Under the pieces are notes generated by a model. The model worked only from the letters and a program-made list of their open reading frames with translations. It was not told the DNA's origin and did not search any database. Both the position numbers and the translations under genes were made by a program. This document shows positions 17,295 to 23,597 of a stretch of 23,597 bases of DNA, one piece after another (positions within the stretch are counted from its first letter, which is position 1; each line of letters opens with the position of its first letter). The stretch is from a bacterium (GTDB lineage: Bacteria > Zhuqueibacterota > Zhuqueibacteria > Oceanimicrobiales > Oceanimicrobiaceae). The DNA lies in NCBI GenBank assembly GCA_046757165.1, contig JBHHXT010000062.1:1-23597 (forward strand). The letters are read 5' to 3'.

Positions 17295-17315
17295 TTGTAA
17301 CCACAATCGTTACAA
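17295..17315. promoter_or_regulatory. Putative Rrf2 operator 2 (perfect inverted repeat)
   Basis: TTGTAAC-CACAATC-GTTACAA, ending 45 nt before the MMPL start codon. Confidence 0.8.
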
Positions 17316-17360
17316 TCAGCCAACGTCCACCGAATTTGCTTGTGAAAGGAGAAACACCAA

Positions 17361-19724
17361 ATGAGTCGGAGACTCGATCAACTCGTCGTTGCTTACACAC
17401 AATGGGTCATCCGCTGGCGCTGGCTCGTTGTCATAGCGGTCCTGGCGCTCGCTGGTTTGGCAGCCAGCGGTGGCCGATTTCTCTACTTCAACACCAGCTA
17501 CCGGGTGTTTTTTAGCAAAGACAATCCGCAACTCAACGCCTTTGAAGCGCTGCAGAATATCTATACCAAGAATGACAATGTCCTGTTCGTCATCGAAGCC
17601 AAAGACGGCGATATTTTCAAGCCGCGCCACCTGAGAGCCATCGAAAAACTCACTGAAGAGGGGTGGAAGGTCCCCTACGCCATTCGTGTCGATGGTGTCA
17701 CCAACTTCCAGCACACGCGCGCCGAAGAGGATGACCTGATCGTCGAAGACCTGGTCTATGATGCTTATTCGCTTTATCCTGAGGAGATTGCAGCCAGGAA
17801 GGCCATCGCCTTGCTGGAACCCAATCTGCGCAACCGATTGATTTCCCCGAAGGCGCATGTGATGGGCGTCAATGTCACCGTGCAGTTGCCCGGCAAGGAC
17901 CCGGTCAAAGAAGTTCCCGAAGTCGTGGACCGCGTTCGTACCCTGGCGCAGGCGTTCCGGGAACAGAACCCGGATATCAACCTCTACCTGACGGGCGTCG
18001 TCATGCTCAACAACGCCTTCTCCGAAGCGGGCATCCGAGACCTGCAAACGCTTGTGCCAGCCATGTACCTGTTGATGTTTCTGATCATGCTTTTCATCCT
18101 TCGCTCGGTGACGGGCACGCTGGCCACCATCATCGTCATTTTTCTTTCGACAGGGACCGCCATGGGACTCGCAGGCTGGTTGGGTATCGGACTGACGGCT
18201 CCCAGTTCACAAGCGGCCACGATGATCATGACGCTGGCGATTGCGGATTCAATTCATATTCTGGTGACGATGCTCAGAGAAATGCGCCGCGGTCTGAGCA
18301 AGCGCGAAGCCATCGTAGAAAGCCTGCGAGTCAATTTCACCCCGGTCTTCATGACCAGCTTCACCACCGCCATCGGATTTCTCAGCATGAACTTCAGTGA
18401 TTCGCCACCCTTCTGGCACCTGGGAAACATCACGGCGACGGGGGTCACGGCCGCCTTTCTCTACTCCGTGCTGCTCCTGCCCGCACTCATCGCCATCTTG
18501 CCCGTGCGCGTCAGGGTGATTCGCGAAGCCGGGACCACGCTCTTCGACCGTTTGGCCGAGTTTGTCATCGCAAGACGCCAGGCGCTGCTTTGGAGCTCTG
18601 CAGCCCTGGTCCTGGCCATCTCAGCGCTTATTCCCCAAAACATCCTGAATGACCAATTCGTCAAATATTTTGACCAAAGTATTCAGTTCCGCCGCGATAC
18701 GGACTTCACGACCGAAAATCTTTCGGGGCTGTACCGGATCGATTTTTCAGTTGGCGCTGGCGAAAGCGGCGGCATCAGCAACCCGGAGTACCTCGCCAAG
18801 CTGGAAGAATTCACCGAGTGGTACCGCCAGCAGCCCGGGGTCATCCATGTGAGCTCGTTTACAGAAATCATGAAGCGACTGAACAAAAGCATGCATGGGG
18901 ATGACCAAGCCTACTACCGCATCCCCGGCAGTCGCGAATTGGCGGCACAATACCTGCTGCTCTACGAGATGTCACTGCCGTACGGGTTGGACCTGAACAA
19001 CCAGATCAACGTCTCCAAATCTGCGACGCGGTTCAACGTCACCTTGAGGAACGTGTCGTCTAATCAACTGCGCGAACTTGCCGCACGCGGCGAAACGTGG
19101 CTGCGTCAGAATGCGCCGGAATATATGTTCGCGCACGGCGTCGGTCCTGCTGTCATGTTTTCACACATTTCCGCACGAAATATCAAAAGTATGCTCAAGG
19201 GAACCGTCATCGCTTTGATCTTGATCTCATTCTCCTTGATTTTTGCTCTTAGAAGCGTCAAATTCGGTTTGCTCAGCCTGATTCCCAATCTGGTTCCGGC
19301 GGCTATGGCCTTCGGCATCTGGGGTGCCCTGGTGGGCGAGATCAATCTCGCGCTCTCGATGGTCATGGGCATGACGCTCGGCATTGTGGTCGATGACACG
19401 ATCCATTTCATGAGCAAGTATTTGCGCGCACGGCGTGAGCAAAAGCTCAGTCCGCAGGACGCTGTGCGCTACGCCTACTCCACCGTGGGTCTCGCCCTGG
19501 TGGTGACTTCAGTCATTCTGGTGGCAGGCTTCACCATCCTTGCCTTCTCAGCCTTCGAGATGAATGCCGGCATGGGCAAGCTCACGGCCCTGACCATCAT
19601 CCTGGCGCTGTTGGCAGACTTTTTCTTCCTCCCCACGCTTTTGATGAAAGCGGAGGAAAAGGCCGTGGCCAGGGCTGAGGAGACTGAAATGAAACAACCC
19701 GAAGCCGCGCTGAGCGCGACGTGA
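17361..19724 (+). CDS. MMPL/RND-superfamily inner-membrane transporter
   Basis: 787 aa. Two repeats of (TM, large periplasmic loop, TM bundle); Asp motifs TLAIADSIH and GIVVDDTIHF. RBS AAAGGAG 17345-17351. Confidence 0.93.
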   Translation: MSRRLDQLVVAYTQWVIRWRWLVVIAVLALAGLAASGGRFLYFNTSYRVFFSKDNPQLNAFEALQNIYTKNDNVLFVIEAKDGDIFKPRHLRAIEKLTEEGWKVPYAIRVDGVTNFQHTRAEEDDLIVEDLVYDAYSLYPEEIAARKAIALLEPNLRNRLISPKAHVMGVNVTVQLPGKDPVKEVPEVVDRVRTLAQAFREQNPDINLYLTGVVMLNNAFSEAGIRDLQTLVPAMYLLMFLIMLFILRSVTGTLATIIVIFLSTGTAMGLAGWLGIGLTAPSSQAATMIMTLAIADSIHILVTMLREMRRGLSKREAIVESLRVNFTPVFMTSFTTAIGFLSMNFSDSPPFWHLGNITATGVTAAFLYSVLLLPALIAILPVRVRVIREAGTTLFDRLAEFVIARRQALLWSSAALVLAISALIPQNILNDQFVKYFDQSIQFRRDTDFTTENLSGLYRIDFSVGAGESGGISNPEYLAKLEEFTEWYRQQPGVIHVSSFTEIMKRLNKSMHGDDQAYYRIPGSRELAAQYLLLYEMSLPYGLDLNNQINVSKSATRFNVTLRNVSSNQLRELAARGETWLRQNAPEYMFAHGVGPAVMFSHISARNIKSMLKGTVIALILISFSLIFALRSVKFGLLSLIPNLVPAAMAFGIWGALVGEINLALSMVMGMTLGIVVDDTIHFMSKYLRARREQKLSPQDAVRYAYSTVGLALVVTSVILVAGFTILAFSAFEMNAGMGKLTALTIILALLADFFFLPTLLMKAEEKAVARAEETEMKQPEAALSAT

Positions 19725-19772
19725 TTAAAGCATTTCAAGTTTTTGCGCCGGTCCGGGGAAGTAAATTTTGGA

Positions 19773-19810
19773 CCACCGAAAATAACCGAAGTCACCGAGA
19801 GTCACCGAAA
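19773..19810 (+). repeat. Degenerate ~10-mer tandem repeat, ACCGA core x4
   Basis: CCACCGAAAATAACCGAAGTCACCGAGAGTCACCGAAA; cores at 19775, 19785, 19794, 19804. Confidence 0.6.
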
Positions 19811-19902
19811 AGAAGATTGTCAACTGGTGGTCATTGAGGAATTGAGAAACTTACTAAAAGCTACTCCGGGGCTGGTGATTTGCAGCTCTGCCGCACCAGG
19901 AA

Positions 19903-19930
19903 AACACAGTCGGAGACTGTGTTGGATCAT
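19903..19930 (-). repeat. GATCC-foot hairpin repeat, copy 3
   Basis: + strand AACACAGTC-GGA-GACTGTGTT-GGATCAT; perfect 9-bp stem. Confidence 0.8.
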
Positions 19931-19986
19931 GTCATTAAACAACACACCTGATGAACAGCAATTCTGTAGAAAAGGAGCACAGACAA

Positions 19987-20772
19987 ATGAACTTCAGAAC
20001 CGTAGTAAAGATCCTGTTGATCGGGGTTGCGGCAGCTCTTCTGCTCGCCAGTGCGCCCGACCAACGGGGCCTCGAGATCGCACGCGAAGCCGACAACCGT
20101 GACACCGGGTTCAGGGATCTCACCGCCGACCTGGTCATGATCCTGCGCAACCGCCATGGCGAGGAATCTGTCCGCGACATGCGCACCAAAACCCTCGAAG
20201 TTCAAAGCGATGGGGACAAAACCCTGATCGTCTTCGACCGGCCGCGCGATGTCAAAGGAACGGCCCTGCTCTCGTTTACCCATAAAGCCGGCCCGGACGA
20301 CCAATGGCTTTACCTGCCGGCGCTCAAACGGGTGAAACGCATCGCCTCCAACAACAAGTCCGGTCCCTTTATGGGCAGTGAGTTCGCCTATGAAGATATT
20401 TCCTCACAGGAAGTCGAAAAATACACCTACAAGTACTTGCGGGACGAACCGTACGACGACCAGGAGTGTTTCGTCATCGAGCGCTACCCGGTGGACAAGA
20501 AATCTGGCTACACGCGCCAGGTGGTCTGGATCGACAAAGCCGAATACCGCACCCGGAAAGTCGACTACTATGACCGCAAGAACGATCTGCTCAAGACCTT
20601 GACCTTCCATGGCTACAAGCAGTACCTCGAGCAGTACTGGCGGGCGGATGAGATGTTCATGGTCAATCATCAGACGGGAAAGAGCACCCGGCTCATCTGG
20701 AAAAACACCTCCTTTCGCAATGGGCTGAAGGAGCGGGATTTCGACAAGAATAGTCTGAAACGTGTGAGATAG
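19987..20772 (+). CDS. LolA-like 'outer membrane lipoprotein-sorting protein' family periplasmic protein
   Basis: Start ATG 19987 after AAAGGAG; signal peptide ending LASA. Family motifs F..P.DVKGTALL and DDQWLYLPALKRVKRIAS.NKSGPFMGSEFAYED. Confidence 0.88.
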   Translation: MNFRTVVKILLIGVAAALLLASAPDQRGLEIAREADNRDTGFRDLTADLVMILRNRHGEESVRDMRTKTLEVQSDGDKTLIVFDRPRDVKGTALLSFTHKAGPDDQWLYLPALKRVKRIASNNKSGPFMGSEFAYEDISSQEVEKYTYKYLRDEPYDDQECFVIERYPVDKKSGYTRQVVWIDKAEYRTRKVDYYDRKNDLLKTLTFHGYKQYLEQYWRADEMFMVNHQTGKSTRLIWKNTSFRNGLKERDFDKNSLKRVR

Positions 20773-20786
20773 GTTTGAGCGTGTTC

Positions 20787-22007
20787 ATGAAATCGACCTT
20801 GCGCGACGCCATTCAGATCGGGTTCATCCTGATCGTCACAACTCACATTCCGGCCATGCAATTGTCCGCGCAGGACATAGAACTGACGGGCTATCTGGCG
20901 GTAGAGTCCCGCCTTTTTCCACAGTCCCCTCTTCTGCAAGAACAGTTCAGCGGTGGGGGTCTCTCTTTTTCGGCGCAGCCCGAGCTTTACAAGGAATGGG
21001 CCGGAGGCGACCAGAGTCTGCTTTTCGTCCCCTACCTGCGCGTGGACCAGCACGACGGCAACCGCACTCACGGAGACATTCGCGAACTGTACTGGCAGGT
21101 CGTGGCAGATACCTGGGAGCTCAGCATCGGCGTGCGCAAGATTTTCTGGGGCGTCACGGAATCACAGCATCTGGTGGATATCATCAACCAGACCGACCTG
21201 GTGGAGAACCTGGACACAGAAGATAAACTGGGCCAGCCGATGGCCAATCTCACGCTCGTGCGCAACTGGGGCACACTCGATATCTTCCTCATGCCCTACT
21301 TCCGGGAGCGGCGGTTTTTGCATCAAGAAGCCCGCCTGCGTTTGCCCGTGTTTGTCGACTCTGACCATCCGCGCTATGAATCCGACCGGAAGCAGTGGCA
21401 TTTCGACTGGGCCGTGCGCGGGTTCCGCACCATGGGCATCTTCGATATCGGCCTGTCTCATTTTTCCGGCACAAGCCGGGACCCGGTCCTCCTGCCGGGC
21501 CTAACCGCCTCCGGCGACCTTTTTCTAACGCCATTCTACCACACGATCAACCAAACCGGTCTGGATGTGCAGGCGACCACCGGCGCCTGGCTCCTCAAGC
21601 TGGAAGCGATCAACCGCTTCGGCCAGGGCAAACGCTTTCTTGCGGCTGCCGGCGGCTTCGAATACACCTTCAGCAACATCAAAAGCTCGGGTCTAGACCT
21701 CGGCGTCCTCCTGGAGTACCACTATGACGAGCGCGGCGAGGAAGCATCCTCCCCTTTCGACGACGATCTCTTCTTCGGCACCCGCCTTGCGTTCAACGAT
21801 GTGCAAAGCACCGACATCCTGGCCGGCGCCATCGTCGACCGCCACACTGGCTCGATGTTTCTAAATGTGGAGGCCAGCCGCCGAATCGGCGACCGCTACA
21901 GAATCGAGGTGGAGGTGCGCAGCTTTCTCAATGCCTCCCGGCGGGATTTACTTTACGGGCTAAGGAAAGACCATTATTTACAGGTGGAGGTGTCCCGGTT
22001 TTTTTAG
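20787..22007 (+). CDS. Predicted outer-membrane beta-barrel of unknown function (partner of the MMPL and LolA-like genes)
   Basis: Signal-peptide-like N-terminus ending LSA-Q; alternating hydrophobic/polar strands; DIRELYW, IFWGVTES.HLVDIINQTD; C-terminal YLQVEVSRFF with terminal Phe. Start uncertain (20775, 20781 or 20787). Confidence 0.8.
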   Translation: MKSTLRDAIQIGFILIVTTHIPAMQLSAQDIELTGYLAVESRLFPQSPLLQEQFSGGGLSFSAQPELYKEWAGGDQSLLFVPYLRVDQHDGNRTHGDIRELYWQVVADTWELSIGVRKIFWGVTESQHLVDIINQTDLVENLDTEDKLGQPMANLTLVRNWGTLDIFLMPYFRERRFLHQEARLRLPVFVDSDHPRYESDRKQWHFDWAVRGFRTMGIFDIGLSHFSGTSRDPVLLPGLTASGDLFLTPFYHTINQTGLDVQATTGAWLLKLEAINRFGQGKRFLAAAGGFEYTFSNIKSSGLDLGVLLEYHYDERGEEASSPFDDDLFFGTRLAFNDVQSTDILAGAIVDRHTGSMFLNVEASRRIGDRYRIEVEVRSFLNASRRDLLYGLRKDHYLQVEVSRFF

Positions 22008-22038
22008 CGAGTCATTAACAGGCGCATTTAGGACTGAA

Positions 22039-22061
22039 TGTCCCCCATTTTGGGGGAGACA
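22039..22061. terminator. GC-rich hairpin downstream of the barrel gene; possible terminator or REP-like element
   Basis: TCCCCCA-TTT-TGGGGGA (22041-22057), with flanking TGTC/GACA. No clear U-tract. Confidence 0.35.
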
Positions 22062-22074
22062 ATTAATTCAGCCC

Positions 22075-22159
22075 GATCCAACATCCCGCCTTTGCGGGAC
22101 AACCGTGTCTTACGCACAAATCCGGCAGGGATACACAGTTGCAAACTGTGTAGGATCAC
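22075..22159. repeat. Inverted doublet of GATCC-foot hairpin repeats (copies 4 and 5); copy 4 interrupted by a different hairpin
   Basis: Copy 4 (+): GATCC-AACA-[TCCCGC-CTTT-GCGGGA-C]-AACCGTGTC, 22075-22109. Copy 5 (-): TACACAGTT-GCA-AACTGTGTA-GGATCAC, 22132-22159. 22-nt spacer between them. Confidence 0.7.
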
Positions 22160-22175
22160 TCTTATTCAATGCTCA

Positions 22176-22237
22176 CGCAAAGGCGCTGAGAGCGCAGAGT
22201 GTTTGCACAAGACTGCAAAGAATTCACTCGTCACTCA
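22176..22237 (+). repeat. CGCAGAG-type triplet and TCACTCn 7-mer pair
   Basis: CGCAAAGG CGCTGAGAG CGCAGAG (22176-22199); TCACTCG TCACTCA (22224-22237). Confidence 0.5.
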
Positions 22238-22248
22238 CCGCCTCAAAA

Positions 22249-23592
22249 TCACTCCGCTGCCACACAGTACAAAGCCCGGTGGCCGCGCAAATACAGCTCA
22301 TTGCCCACAATGGCGGGCGAAGCATCGAAATCGTCTTCCAGGGTGTTCGTGGCCAGCACCTTGAACTCGGGATCTTGTTCCAGGACCACGGTTGTGCCCG
22401 CCCGGCCCGTCAGATAAACCCGGCCGGCCGCGCCAACCGGGGAGGCGTAGATGTTGGCAATTCCGTCCAACCGTTCTGGGCCGTAGTACGGCTGACCCCT
22501 GCTGGCGCTGAAACAGCTCAGCACCCCCTTGTTGACTTTCACAAAATACAGGAAGTCGCCGTAAAGCAGCGGGGACGGAACATAGGGCGTGTCCCGCTCG
22601 TGCTGCCAGACGAGACTCGCAGATGTGCTGAGATCGCCCTTCGCCCCGGCCAAACGAATCGCTTGCAGCATACTGCCCCGGAAGCCGCTGGTGACGAAGA
22701 CCAGACCATCGCGGTGAACCGGAGAGGGGATCGTATTGACGGTCATCCCGCCGACTTCCCACACGACTTCTCCCGTTGCCAGATCATAGCCGCGGGTCCG
22801 GCCGGTGGCGTTGATCACCACTTGAGGGCTACCATCGACCTCCACAATGATCGGACTGGACCAGGAGGTCACTTCGTCGCGGTCTTTCTTCCAAAGCTGC
22901 CGGCCGCTCTGTTTGTCCAATGCCACGATGAAAGACTGGCCTTCGTGGTCCCAGTTGACGACCACGACCTCGCCATAAAGCGCGGGCGAGCTCCCTTCTC
23001 CAAAGCCGTTGCGTGTGGTCATGTCTCCCAGGTCAGTTTGCCACAGAAGCTTGCCCTGCAAATTCAGGCAAAACAAGCCGCGCGAGCCAAAGTAAGCAAA
23101 CACCACGTCACCATCGGTGACCGCCGAGTTGGAGGCCCACGAGGCTGTGGGATGGGTGCCCTCGTGCGGCAGCTCTTGCCGCAGAACGCGTTGCCAGACC
23201 ACCCTGCCATCCTCTCGATGGATCGCAAGAATAGCAAATTCTTGCACATACGACGGCTGCACCCCTCGTCGCCGCATCCAGGGCGGCTGGCGGTCCCGCG
23301 CGGCGGCAATCTTCTGGCTGTCGCCAGGTTGCTCGGTGGCGACCGCGGTCAGGATAAAGATGTGGTCCTTCCAGATGACAGGGGTCGCATGTCCTGCACC
23401 CGGAAGCTCGATTTTCCACCGAATATTTTTGTCTTCACTCCACTCCACCGGTGGGTTGCCAAAAGGTGCGGCCCCTGTCGCCAAAGGTCCGCGCCAATGG
23501 GGCCAATACTGGTTGTAATCTGGCGCAGGCTCACCGGCCAGAACAAAGGCATGGAGCAACCCGAAAAACAACAGAATGGCAATAGTTCTCAT
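22249..23592 (-). CDS. Secreted PQQ-like (BamB-related) beta-propeller repeat protein
   Basis: 447 aa. Signal peptide without lipobox Cys, WPHWRGP, NIRWK.ELPG.G.ATP, repeated SP...G...W blades, C-terminal ASPAIVGNELYLRG..ALYC. Confidence 0.9.
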   Translation of the reverse strand: MRTIAILLFFGLLHAFVLAGEPAPDYNQYWPHWRGPLATGAAPFGNPPVEWSEDKNIRWKIELPGAGHATPVIWKDHIFILTAVATEQPGDSQKIAAARDRQPPWMRRRGVQPSYVQEFAILAIHREDGRVVWQRVLRQELPHEGTHPTASWASNSAVTDGDVVFAYFGSRGLFCLNLQGKLLWQTDLGDMTTRNGFGEGSSPALYGEVVVVNWDHEGQSFIVALDKQSGRQLWKKDRDEVTSWSSPIIVEVDGSPQVVINATGRTRGYDLATGEVVWEVGGMTVNTIPSPVHRDGLVFVTSGFRGSMLQAIRLAGAKGDLSTSASLVWQHERDTPYVPSPLLYGDFLYFVKVNKGVLSCFSASRGQPYYGPERLDGIANIYASPVGAAGRVYLTGRAGTTVVLEQDPEFKVLATNTLEDDFDASPAIVGNELYLRGHRALYCVAAE

Positions 23593-23597
23593 TTTTC

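Noticed and set aside
22249..23592. Calling the last gene bamB or a PQQ dehydrogenase
   Set aside because: No lipobox Cys and no dehydrogenase catalytic features were recognised. It fits the expanded WPxWRGP propeller family of unknown function.

Overview
Bacterial chromosomal window, almost all on the + strand. The gene set (LptD, group II GGGP synthase, BatA/vWA protein, sensor-type propellers) suggests a diderm FCB-group lineage such as KSB1 or Calditrichota; this is inference only. Gene order: truncated dinD-like 3' end, alaS, GGGP synthase, orphan CpsB/CapC-type PHP phosphatase, BatA-vWA membrane protein, hflX, secreted beta-propeller, rarA, lptD-like, parA-parB, then an Rrf2 regulator, MMPL/RND transporter, LolA-like protein and outer-membrane beta-barrel, and a convergent PQQ-like beta-propeller gene. 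Two signals stand out. (1) A dispersed intergenic hairpin family (GATCC foot, 9-bp stem, 3-nt loop) occurs in five copies with compensatory stem changes, including one inverted doublet, and looks like an unnamed REP/REPIN class. (2) A Cys-rich SifR/YwnA-type Rrf2 has two visible TTGTAAC-N7-GTTACAA-type operators in front of itself and of a putative three-part trans-envelope transport system. Several other short repeat and hairpin motifs occupy the spacers. No rRNA, tRNA, CRISPR array, transposase or canonical parS was seen. All family calls come from motif recognition by eye, not database searches.
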